Part shown: positions 1 through 6,456 of the stretch, one piece after another
How the letters are laid out: each line of letters starts with the position of its first letter
How positions within the stretch are numbered: the stretch's first letter is position 1
Virus record (IMG/VR): IMGVR_UViG_2554235184_000006
Source: a virus
Taxonomy: Duplodnaviria; Heunggongvirae; Uroviricota; Caudoviricetes
Direction: 5' to 3' (one strand)
DNA length: 9,170 bases
The notes under the pieces: model-generated
Databases searched by the model: none
What the model saw: only the letters and a program-made list of their open reading frames with translations
Told to the model about the DNA's origin: nothing
Made by a program: the position numbers and the translations under genes

Positions 1-21
1 CCGTGCCACCGGAGAAAACCG

Positions 22-300
22 ATGGCACGCAACGCAAAATATTACAATCATGATAATTCGACCGTTCTTGCCCACACGCACGAGCGGTATTCTCATGCAT
101 TTAAGTCAGACTGGTACCAGCATCCCCCATGCACTGAAGAACAGGCCGAGTGGCTAATTCAGTGCTACCGCAGACACGGATACGAGATTAAGAAAGCCCT
201 CAGCCTCGATTATCGTCACTGGATAATCTCCGTCAGGCTCCCTTACTCCGAACGGCCACCGCGTCCGTCCCGCACATTCCAGCAACGCATCTGGAGGTAA
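22..300 (+). CDS. Hypothetical nin-region protein, 92 aa
   Basis: ATG at 22 preceded by GGAGA (9-13); stop TAA 298-300 sits 1 nt before the next gene start. Lies upstream of the DUF968/rusA/Q cluster, as nin-region genes do. No family recognised from the translation. Confidence 0.5.
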   Translation: MARNAKYYNHDNSTVLAHTHERYSHAFKSDWYQHPPCTEEQAEWLIQCYRRHGYEIKKALSLDYRHWIISVRLPYSERPPRPSRTFQQRIWR

Positions 301-301
301 C

Positions 302-1360
302 GTGCGGGTATTACTTCGACCTGTTCTGGTACCGGAACTTGGGCTGGTGGTGCTAAAACCGGGCCGTGAATCCATGCCGGTATTCCACAATACCCGGGTA
401 CTGGTGGAGCCGGAACCGAAAAGCATGCGTAATCTGTCGTCCGGGGTCGTTCCTGCCGTTCGCCAGCCGCTGGCGGAGGATAAATCATTACTGCCATTTT
501 TCAGCGACGAACGAGTGATTCGTGCTGCTGGTGGCGCTGGCGCATTGTCTGACTGGTTACTGCGCCATGTTAAATCCTGCCAGTGGCCACACGGCGATTA
601 TCACCACAGTGAAACCGTCATTCACCGTTATGGTACCGGCGCAATGGTGTTGTGCTGGCACTGCGACAACCAGCTGCGCGACCAGACCTCCGAATCACTC
701 GGGCAACTTGCTCACCAAAACCTGTCTGCATGGATGATTGACGTCATACGCCATGCAATGAATGGCTCGCAGGAACGGGAATTATCGCTGGCTGAATTAT
801 CCTGGTGGGCGGTCCGCAATCAGGTGGCGGACGCGCTACCGGAAGCGGTATTACGTCGTTCGCTGGGGTTGCGTGCGGAAAAAATCCGCTCAATGTACCG
901 TGAAAGCGACATCGTACCGGGAGAGCAGACCGCCACCAGCATACTGAAACAGCGCACAAAAAATCTTGCGCCGCTGCCTCACGCCCACCAGCAACAGAAC
1001 CCACCACAGGAAAAGACGGTGGTCAGCATTGCCGTTGATCCGGAATCTCCGGCTCAGTATCTCCAGCGCCAGAAACCACAACGGGAAGAGATGCCTGTAT
1101 ACACGCGCTGGGTAAAAACGCAGAAATGCATGACGTGTGGCAATCAGGCAGATGATCCGCATCACATCATTGGTCATGGACTGGGAGGGATGGGAACAAA
1201 GGCTGACGATTTGTTTGTTATTCCGCTGTGTCGTAAATGCCATAACGAACTACACGCCGGGGTAAAAGATTTTGAAGAAAAACACGGTAGTCAGTTGTTG
1301 TTGCTGATTCGTTTTTTAATGCACGCGAGAAATTCGGGTGTTCTGAAGTGGAAAGCATAA
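302..1360 (+). CDS. DUF968 (YdfU-like) prophage protein with C-terminal HNH-like Cys/His motif, 352 aa
   Basis: GTG start at 302 with GGAGG at 293-297; stop TAA 1358-1360 abuts the rusA ATG at 1361. C-terminal motif CMTCGNQADDPHHIIGHG...LCRKCHNELH looks like an HNH/zinc-finger nuclease fold. From memory this resembles YdfU-type proteins found next to Q genes in E. coli prophages. Start codon is uncertain (alternative ATG at 374). Confidence 0.65.
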   Translation: MRVLLRPVLVPELGLVVLKPGRESMPVFHNTRVLVEPEPKSMRNLSSGVVPAVRQPLAEDKSLLPFFSDERVIRAAGGAGALSDWLLRHVKSCQWPHGDYHHSETVIHRYGTGAMVLCWHCDNQLRDQTSESLGQLAHQNLSAWMIDVIRHAMNGSQERELSLAELSWWAVRNQVADALPEAVLRRSLGLRAEKIRSMYRESDIVPGEQTATSILKQRTKNLAPLPHAHQQQNPPQEKTVVSIAVDPESPAQYLQRQKPQREEMPVYTRWVKTQKCMTCGNQADDPHHIIGHGLGGMGTKADDLFVIPLCRKCHNELHAGVKDFEEKHGSQLLLLIRFLMHARNSGVLKWKA

Positions 1361-1729
1361 ATGACCGAACGCATAGAATTTGTTTTGCCTTACTCGCCGA
1401 CGGTGAACACTTACTGGCGACGCCGTGGCAGCACATATTTTGTATCAAAAGCCGGGGAGCGTTATCGCCGGGCAGTGGCGCTTATTGTTCGCCAGCAGCG
1501 ACTGAAATTAAGCCTGTCCGGACGGCTGGCAATAAAAATTATTGCAGAGCCACCGGATAAGCGTCGTCGTGACCTGGACAATATTCTGAAAGCACCACTG
1601 GATGCGCTGACGCACGCGGGGTTGTTAATGGACGATGAGCAGTTTGATGAAATCAATATTGTACGTGGCCAGCCAGTATCTGGTGGACGGCTGGAGATAA
1701 GAATTACAGAGGTGGGTGTGCATGAATAA
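1361..1729 (+). CDS. rusA: RusA-family Holliday junction resolvase, 122 aa
   Basis: Translation contains the conserved RusA acidic motif PDKRRRDLDN and ends GGRLEIRITE, closely matching E. coli RusA as I remember it (PDRRRRDLDN...GGRLELTITE). Size and position just upstream of Q are typical. Confidence 0.9.
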   Translation: MTERIEFVLPYSPTVNTYWRRRGSTYFVSKAGERYRRAVALIVRQQRLKLSLSGRLAIKIIAEPPDKRRRDLDNILKAPLDALTHAGLLMDDEQFDEINIVRGQPVSGGRLEIRITEVGVHE

Positions 1730-2411
1730 CCAGTATTTACAGTTTGTTCGTGAGCAACTCATGATTGCCACTGCAGATCTCAGTGGGTCGACAAAATGCC
1801 AGCTGGAAGCCTGGCAGGAAAATGCCCTGTTCGATACAGGGCGTTACAGACGCAAAAAAATTCGTTACCGCGATGAGGTAACCGGAAAAATGATCACGCG
1901 GGATAATCCCCCGATCCAGGGTAAACAATCACTGGCGAAAGGCTCATCAATTGCGCTGGTCAGTCCTGTTGAGTTTGCAACATCATCGTGGCGGCGTGCT
2001 GTTCTGGAACTGGAAGAACATCAGAAGGCGTGGTTGTTGTGGTGTTATGGCGGAAACATTTGCTGGGAGCATCAGATCGCGATAACGCAGTGGGGGTGGA
2101 GTGAATTTAAAACTCAGTCCGGCTCCAGAAAAATTGCAGTGAAAACGCTGGAGCGTGTGAAGAAGTTGATCTGGCTGGCGGCACAGGATGTCAGAGGATG
2201 GGTTACCGGGTGTGAGGTCTACCAGAGACAGGAGCTTGCCAGACTGTGTGGAGTTAAGCCTGATAACTGGAGCCATAATTATGCGAACTACTGGCGTGAG
2301 ATGTGCGATATTTTTAAGCGCCTCGATAGAGAATCCTTGATTTGCTCCGTGAAAATAAGAGCGCAACAAAAAGCGACCTTTTCACGACGAGATATTGCAA
2401 AAGTCAATTAA
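1722..2411 (+). CDS. Q: Late-gene antitermination protein Q (phage 21/82-type), about 229 aa
   Basis: ATG at 1722 overlaps the rusA stop (TAA 1727-1729), indicating translational coupling; the ORF track's GTG at 1716 is a less likely start. Sits directly upstream of a promoter-like region, intrinsic terminators and the lysis cassette. N-terminus MNNQYLQFVREQL matches my recollection of QuuQ-type Q proteins. Family assignment not verified. Confidence 0.7.
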   Translation: MNNQYLQFVREQLMIATADLSGSTKCQLEAWQENALFDTGRYRRKKIRYRDEVTGKMITRDNPPIQGKQSLAKGSSIALVSPVEFATSSWRRAVLELEEHQKAWLLWCYGGNICWEHQIAITQWGWSEFKTQSGSRKIAVKTLERVKKLIWLAAQDVRGWVTGCEVYQRQELARLCGVKPDNWSHNYANYWREMCDIFKRLDRESLICSVKIRAQQKATFSRRDIAKVN

Positions 2412-2435
2412 ATCGCGTATGTTTCGTATAAATCT
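2395..2435 (+). promoter_or_regulatory. Candidate late promoter (PR'-like) with possible Q-utilisation region
   Basis: TTGCAA (2395-2400), 17-bp spacer, TATGTT (2418-2423); a second -10-like TATAAAT at 2427-2433 could act as a sigma70 pause element as in lambda PR'. Sequence-only prediction. Confidence 0.25.
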
Positions 2436-2472
2436 GATATTTTGCCGATTTTGTACGTGATGGCAAAGTAAG

Positions 2473-2500
2473 AAAAAACCACCGCCAGGTGGTTTTTTTT
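2473..2500 (+). terminator. Rho-independent terminator (candidate tR')
   Basis: AAAAAACCACC (2473-2483), loop GCCA, GGTGGTTTTTT then 8 T in total (2493-2500). A-tract/T-tract symmetry suggests it could work in both directions. About 62 nt after the Q stop. Confidence 0.6.
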
Positions 2501-2623
2501 ATGTCCGAAAATCGCGTCAGTACAGTAAACGCGCTGGTGGTTGCGAATACGGGTCTTTCAGCTTGCCGGCTTTTTCGACAAGAGTTATTGGTATGTCACG
2601 TTAACCGGAAAAGGGAAAAAGAC

Positions 2624-2821
2624 ATGCTAAAACAGCAGGATATGACAGAAGCCGCCAGAGTGGTGTTTAATGAATTAAGCGTTACCGACCCGGCGACAGT
2701 CAGGGAGATTGCACAGAATACTTACCTTTCACGCGAACGCTGCCAGTTAATACTGACCCAGCTTGTTATGGCGGGTCTGGCAGACTATCAGTTTGGTTGT
2801 TACAGACACCTTCAGTCCTGA
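2624..2821 (+). CDS. Small winged-helix protein (PapI/FaeA-like), 65 aa
   Basis: ATG 2624 with AAGGGA RBS (2611-2616). Segment TVREIAQNTYLSRERCQLILTQLVMAGLA resembles the recognition-helix region of PapI/FaeA-type regulators. The track ORF 2489..2821 starts with GTG inside the terminator T-tract and has no RBS, so the shorter form is preferred. Confidence 0.45.
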   Translation: MLKQQDMTEAARVVFNELSVTDPATVREIAQNTYLSRERCQLILTQLVMAGLADYQFGCYRHLQS

Positions 2822-2835
2822 AGGCTTTTTTATTT
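2809..2835 (+). terminator. Rho-independent terminator overlapping the stop codon of the small wHTH gene
   Basis: CCTTC (2809-2813) pairs with GAAGG (2820-2824), followed by TTTTTTATTT (2826-2835). Short stem, so moderate confidence. Confidence 0.45.
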
Positions 2836-3134
2836 GTGGTAAATGGGCGGCTGGTGGGTGTGGTGGTTGTTGCTTTCCCGTTGCTGAAAAAGAAAACGCC
2901 AGACTGTTAGCCGGGTATCAGTTAGCGGGAGAAATTTTTAAATACTTCACAATTCAGGCGGTTGACTGTTGTCTGGTTTGCGGGGAGTTTGTTAAAAGAA
3001 ACTGGCATGGTGAATCCCCCTGTGCGGAGGGGCAATCAGCGAGTAGGTATATGGGATAATCGCGGATTCAGGTGCTGGTACTGAATTCACCGGGAGGCAC
3101 CCGGCACCATGCAATGGCACATAGCGCCACTCTC

Positions 3135-3170
3135 CAGCCCCTCTCCGGAGGGGCTGTTTATATTGATTTT
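3135..3170 (+). terminator. Rho-independent terminator at the edge of the AT-rich island
   Basis: Perfect 9-bp stem CAGCCCCTC (3135-3143), loop TCCG, GAGGGGCTG (3148-3156), followed by TTTATATTGATTTT. Sits between upstream + strand transcription and the 3' end of the minus-strand gene 3191..3526. Confidence 0.6.
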
Positions 3171-3190
3171 GTCAGATGTGAGTAAACTCC

Positions 3191-3526
3191 TTATGGACTT
3201 TGTTGTTTTAGCCCATAAGGACATATTTGCAGAGTGCAACGGTTATTAAAGCATTCATTCAATACGTTATCTGTATTTGTAGGGCATTCCTGGCTGTTTT
3301 TGATTAAATTCCAGAATGTTTTATTGAATGGTACTACGTTGTAAATGGTTACAGGTAGCACTTTGTTATTGAGCATGATACCTGTGTGAGTCAGTGTAAA
3401 TATACTTTCAGGAGGTAAGAAAGCATCCGATTGATACCAGATTATTAATTTTATTTTACTCCATATGACTGAAAAAGATATTCCGCATGATGGCTGGATA
3501 ACTGTATCAATCACAATCCACTTCAT
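3191..3526 (-). CDS. Hypothetical Cys-containing protein in an AT-rich island, 111 aa
   Basis: Minus-strand ATG (3524-3526) with AAGGAA RBS 5-6 nt upstream. Composition is strongly AT-rich compared with flanking phage genes. Opposite orientation to the late operon. Six Cys, four of them in the C-terminal [26 protein letters not shown]. No family recognised. Confidence 0.55.
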   Translation of the reverse strand: MKWIVIDTVIQPSCGISFSVIWSKIKLIIWYQSDAFLPPESIFTLTHTGIMLNNKVLPVTIYNVVPFNKTFWNLIKNSQECPTNTDNVLNECFNNRCTLQICPYGLKQQSP

Positions 3527-3786
3527 TTAGTTTCCTTGTTTATGCCTTGCTGGTGATGTTCTGAAAAGTATAAATGATATTTTTGATTGTAAACCATAGA
3601 GCAGAATTATTTTTCTGATGTTGTTTATTGTTTATTTAAATGCAGGGTGGTTTATATCTCGTCTTGTAGTTTATCCATGCATATCTGCTTGATGATGAGG
3701 TTTTTATTTAAGGTATGGTTTTGTGTTTTTTCTGTATTACATGTCAGGTATTTTAAAGAATCATTTTTCAGATGGTGGAAAGAACC

Positions 3787-3975
3787 ATGGCATTTAAACA
3801 CTATGATGTTGTCAGGGCGGCGTCGCCGTCAGATCTTGCGGAAAAGCTGACACATAAACTGAAAGAGGGCTGGCAGCCGTTTGGTAGTCCGGTGGCCATA
3901 ACCCCTTATACCCTGATGCAGGCGATTGCAGCAGAAGGTGATGTGGTGGTCAGTGGTGCAACTGAGCCGGAGTGA
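3787..3975 (+). CDS. Small conserved phage protein (possibly the DUF1737-type protein found upstream of holins), 62 aa
   Basis: ATG 3787 with GGTGGAAAG upstream; the in-frame ATG at 3772 has no RBS. Translation MAFKHYDVVRAASPSDLAEKLTHKLKEGWQPFGSPVAITPYTLMQAIAAEGDVV looks, from memory, like the small protein commonly annotated just upstream of S in Stx-type lambdoid prophages. The family name is unverified. Confidence 0.55.
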   Translation: MAFKHYDVVRAASPSDLAEKLTHKLKEGWQPFGSPVAITPYTLMQAIAAEGDVVVSGATEPE

Positions 3976-4217
3976 TACTACGTCATCGTACTGGCCCGGC
4001 ATTCCAGGCCATAAAAGACGGTCTGGCAGTGGGACTAAATGCACTGACGCTGACGGATATTACCAAAAATGCAACGTATGGCGTTGAGATAGAAAGTCTG
4101 GTGCTGGAGATAAATGCACCGGCATCATCATAAAAAGTGAGCCAGTCAAATGGAAGGTATCGTTAAACTCACCGGTAGTGTCAGTGGGTCGTCTGAGACG
4201 CCTGCATGAGTTATCAG

Positions 4218-4250
4218 AGCCATCAGTACTTAACTGGTGGCTTTTTTATT
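4218..4250 (+). terminator. Rho-independent terminator immediately upstream of the holin gene
   Basis: AGCCATCAG (4218-4226), loop TACTTAA, CTGGTGGCT (4234-4242; 9 bp with one G-U pair), then TTTTTTATTGTTG (4243 onward). Confidence 0.65.
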
Positions 4251-4282
4251 GTTGTCAGCTTCCGGATAACGGGAGACGGGGT

Positions 4283-4498
4283 ATGTACCAGATGGAAAAA
4301 ATCACAACAGGTGTGTCATACACCACGTCAGCGGTGGGAACGGGCTACTGGTTCCTGCAGTTGCTGGACAGGGTTTCCCCGTCTCAGTGGGCGGCAATAG
4401 GCGTGCTGGGGAGTCTGCTGTTTGGGCTGCTGACATATCTGACTAACCTGTATTTCAAAATCAAAGAGGACCGGCGTAAGGCGGCGCGGGGAGAGTAA
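4283..4498 (+). CDS. S: Class II pinholin (phage 21 S21-like) with dual-start motif, 71 aa
   Basis: ATG 4283 and ATG 4292 (M-Y-Q-M) with GGGAGA RBS (4271-4276). Translation ...[66 protein letters not shown] closely matches the S21 pinholin as I remember it, with two TMDs and a charged C-terminus. The track ORF 4178..4498 is an upstream in-frame extension that spans the terminator. Confidence 0.85.
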   Translation: MYQMEKITTGVSYTTSAVGTGYWFLQLLDRVSPSQWAAIGVLGSLLFGLLTYLTNLYFKIKEDRRKAARGE

Positions 4499-4502
4499 AG
4501 TG

Positions 4503-5393
4503 ATGAATAAAAAATATGAACTGGTTGTTAAGGGGATAAATAATTACGGGGATAAGGTTACTGTTACTGTGAAGTCGGAAGGTGACGGGCAAGCGTCGCT
4601 GTTGTTGCCAGATGTGGCGATTAGTCTTGACCGTACTGAAGGTGCCACGCTGGAGTTTTACGAAGCTGAGGCGAAAAAGCAGGCGAAGCAGTTTTTCATG
4701 GATGTTGCTGCCGGGTTATGTGAATGGAACGAACCGTTGCCGGAAAAGCGCCCCGTAATTTTAGAGGCGCAGGATGTGTTGATAACCTACAAAGGAAAGC
4801 TACCGGGAAGAATTACTTGTTCTCTGAAGATGCCGCCGTCAACACTGCGGTCAGAAAAAGATGATGTTGAATCACGTATTGAAAAACTGGAGAGCTACGT
4901 CGTTGAGCTGAATAAGAAATGGTCGATATTGGTGCCTTCTGGCGATGAAAAGCAGTTTGCTGCGTTTGACGATTATTGTCGGAAAGTGATGAGCAGAAAT
5001 CTCGCAGAGTGTTTCAGTATTCATAATGATAATTTCAGTGACCCGGAATGGGAGTGTAACCGGCCATCCTTTGTTGTATCCGGTGATGCTGGGAAAATAA
5101 CCATCTCAGAAAATGGGAAAGTAACACCTCCATCGCACCAGCACAGTGAGGAGCTCATTGAATTTGCCATTGATTACCTGAAGAACAATAAAAAGCAGGG
5201 GCTGATGAAGCGCGTTGGCCGTTGCATGGGATATCTTCAGGTAGCCGCTGAGATTGAAGCGCTGGCCAGTGGTGCTGATAAGGATGCAATTGTGCGGGAG
5301 GCTCTTCTTCGTGATTTTAATACTCCACCCTTTAAAAAAGTGCCGGCTTACTGGCTTCATCCGGGGCTGACTTATCTTAAAGTGCGTATTTAG
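4503..5393 (+). CDS. Hypothetical hydrophilic protein inserted between holin and endolysin, 296 aa
   Basis: ATG 4503, 5 nt after the holin stop (TAA 4496-4498), with GGGGAGAG RBS (4487-4494); stop TAG 5391-5393. Long uninterrupted ORF with no TM segment or signal peptide and a K/E-rich composition. No family recognised. Confidence 0.7.
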   Translation: MNKKYELVVKGINNYGDKVTVTVKSEGDGQASLLLPDVAISLDRTEGATLEFYEAEAKKQAKQFFMDVAAGLCEWNEPLPEKRPVILEAQDVLITYKGKLPGRITCSLKMPPSTLRSEKDDVESRIEKLESYVVELNKKWSILVPSGDEKQFAAFDDYCRKVMSRNLAECFSIHNDNFSDPEWECNRPSFVVSGDAGKITISENGKVTPPSHQHSEELIEFAIDYLKNNKKQGLMKRVGRCMGYLQVAAEIEALASGADKDAIVREALLRDFNTPPFKKVPAYWLHPGLTYLKVRI

Positions 5394-5429
5394 TGGGCCA
5401 GGGACAGCGGCTGAATATTTAATATATCC

Positions 5430-5963
5430 ATGAACACCAAAATCAAATACGGCCTGTCGGCTGCCGTTCTGGCGCTGATTGCCGCTGGTGCGCCTGCGCC
5501 TGACATTCTCGACCAGTTTCTGGATGAAAAGGAAGGCAACCACACCACGGCATACCGTGATGGTGCAGGTATCTGGACCATCTGCCGTGGTGCCATCATG
5601 GTGGATGGCAAACCTGTCGTTCCGGGCATGAAGTTGTCGAAGGAAAAATGCGACCAGGTTAACGCCATTGAGCGTGATAAAGCGCTGGCGTGGGTGGAGA
5701 AAAACATCAGAGTGCCGCTGACCGAACCCCAGAAAGCGGGGATCGCGTCATTCTGTCCGTACAACATTGGTCCCGGTAAGTGTTTCCCGTCGACGTTTTA
5801 CAGACGAATTAATGCTGGTGATCGAAAAGGTGCCTGCGAAGCGATTCGCTGGTGGATTAAGGACGGTGGCAGAGACTGCCGTATTCGTTCAAACAACTGT
5901 TACGGTCAGGTATCCCGTCGTGACCAGGAGAGCGCGCTGGCGTGCTGGGGTATCGACAGATAA
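5430..5963 (+). CDS. R: SAR endolysin (phage 21 R-type true lysozyme, GH24), 177 aa
   Basis: N-terminal Gly/Ala-rich weakly hydrophobic segment GLSAAVLALIAAGAPAP typical of a signal-arrest-release domain. Catalytic E-8aa-D-5aa-T spacing is present in EGNHTTAYRDGAGIWT. Overall similarity to P21 R and DLP12 RrrD-type lysozymes, from memory. Confidence 0.9.
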   Translation: MNTKIKYGLSAAVLALIAAGAPAPDILDQFLDEKEGNHTTAYRDGAGIWTICRGAIMVDGKPVVPGMKLSKEKCDQVNAIERDKALAWVEKNIRVPLTEPQKAGIASFCPYNIGPGKCFPSTFYRRINAGDRKGACEAIRWWIKDGGRDCRIRSNNCYGQVSRRDQESALACWGIDR

Positions 5964-6119
5964 GCAGAATATTTTGCTGAAAAATGAGGAATGGCCACGC
6001 GGGCGGATAACACGAAATCCTGCGAACTGGCGAAACGTAAGTGAATAAAAGTAAAAACCCCGTTTGTTGGCACCAAGCGAGGTTTTGTGTTTCTGACCTT
6101 GAGTAAGGCAAGGGAGAAC

Positions 6120-6302
6120 ATGGCGAAGTGTAAACGAATTCTGTTGAGGTTGACTATGAAAAATGGCCTTGAACTGAAAGCGCCTGTAACTGATGACATC
6201 AGCAGAGCACTGGCTTTTGCCATTAAGTGGGTGGCGGTCGGTGTTGCTGTGTCCCCGATGCTGTATGGGCTGGCAAAACTGGTCATTGCGTTGAAATCGT
6301 GA
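6120..6302 (+). CDS. Small protein with C-terminal hydrophobic segment, 60 aa (alternative start 6156)
   Basis: ATG 6120 with AGGGAGA 2-3 nt upstream (short spacing); an alternative ATG at 6156 has GAGG at 6146-6149. C-terminal [27 protein letters not shown] is TM-like. Stop TGA 6300-6302 overlaps the strong RBS of the next ORF. Family unknown. Confidence 0.4.
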   Translation: MAKCKRILLRLTMKNGLELKAPVTDDISRALAFAIKWVAVGVAVSPMLYGLAKLVIALKS

Positions 6303-6316
6303 AGGGAGGATTAAGC

Positions 6317-6448
6317 ATGTCAGACAAACTCATAACGCTGGCGAAGATCCTCTGTGTAATTGTCGGCATTTCATTTTCACTAATGCTGGTTGCTCTTTTT
6401 CTTTCCATGGCCTGGATGATGTTGTCTTCGTCGGGGTTGCTGGGGTGA
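6317..6448 (+). CDS. Small hydrophobic membrane peptide, 43 aa
   Basis: ATG 6317 with strong RBS GGGAGGA (6304-6310). Translation [43 protein letters not shown] is almost entirely one long hydrophobic stretch. Stop TGA 6446-6448 overlaps the alternative Rz GTG start. Confidence 0.5.
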   Translation: MSDKLITLAKILCVIVGISFSLMLVALFLSMAWMMLSSSGLLG

Positions 6449-6456
6449 ACATAAAC

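Noticed and set aside
154-1656. Track ORFs 154..426(-), 243..497(-), 522..737(+), 744..1007(-), 762..947(+), 890..1243(-), 1218..1448(-), 1348..1560(+), 1462..1656(-)
   Set aside because: All lie inside or antisense to the well-supported 22..300, DUF968 and rusA reading frames. They lack RBSs and look like shadow ORFs in GC-rich coding sequence.
1737-2369. Minus-strand ORFs 1737..1928 and 1983..2369
   Set aside because: Antisense to the Q gene, with no start-site support; shadow ORFs.
2489-2821. Long form (110 aa) of the small wHTH ORF starting with GTG at 2489
   Set aside because: The start sits inside the terminator hairpin and T-tract with no RBS. The internal ATG at 2624 with an AAGGGA RBS is far more plausible.
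2763-3059. ORF 2763..3059 (+), Cys-rich 98 aa
   Set aside because: It starts inside the 2624..2821 gene in another frame, has no in-frame ATG after the terminator and runs straight across the terminator. Probably not coding.
2836-3134. Possible tRNA genes downstream of Q, as seen with ileZ/argN/argO in Stx phages
   Set aside because: I could find no GTTCGAATC-type T-loop, no acceptor-stem symmetry and no cloverleaf by eye. tRNAscan-SE would be needed for a definitive negative.
3647-4044. ORFs 3647..3850(+) and 3829..4044(-)
   Set aside because: The first lies in the AT-rich divergent promoter region and overlaps the better-supported 3787..3975 gene out of frame. The second is antisense to that gene. 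Neither has an RBS.
4178-4400. ORF 4206..4400(+) and the 5' extension of the holin ORF from 4178
   Set aside because: The extension crosses the terminator hairpin at 4218-4250 and has no RBS. ORF 4206..4400 overlaps the holin out of frame.
5106-6286. ORFs 5106..5543(-), 5390..5767(-), 5767..6048(+), 5857..6111(-), 5906..6286(-)
   Set aside because: Antisense to or overlapping the 296-aa gene, the endolysin and the small membrane ORFs; no start signals. Treated as shadow ORFs.
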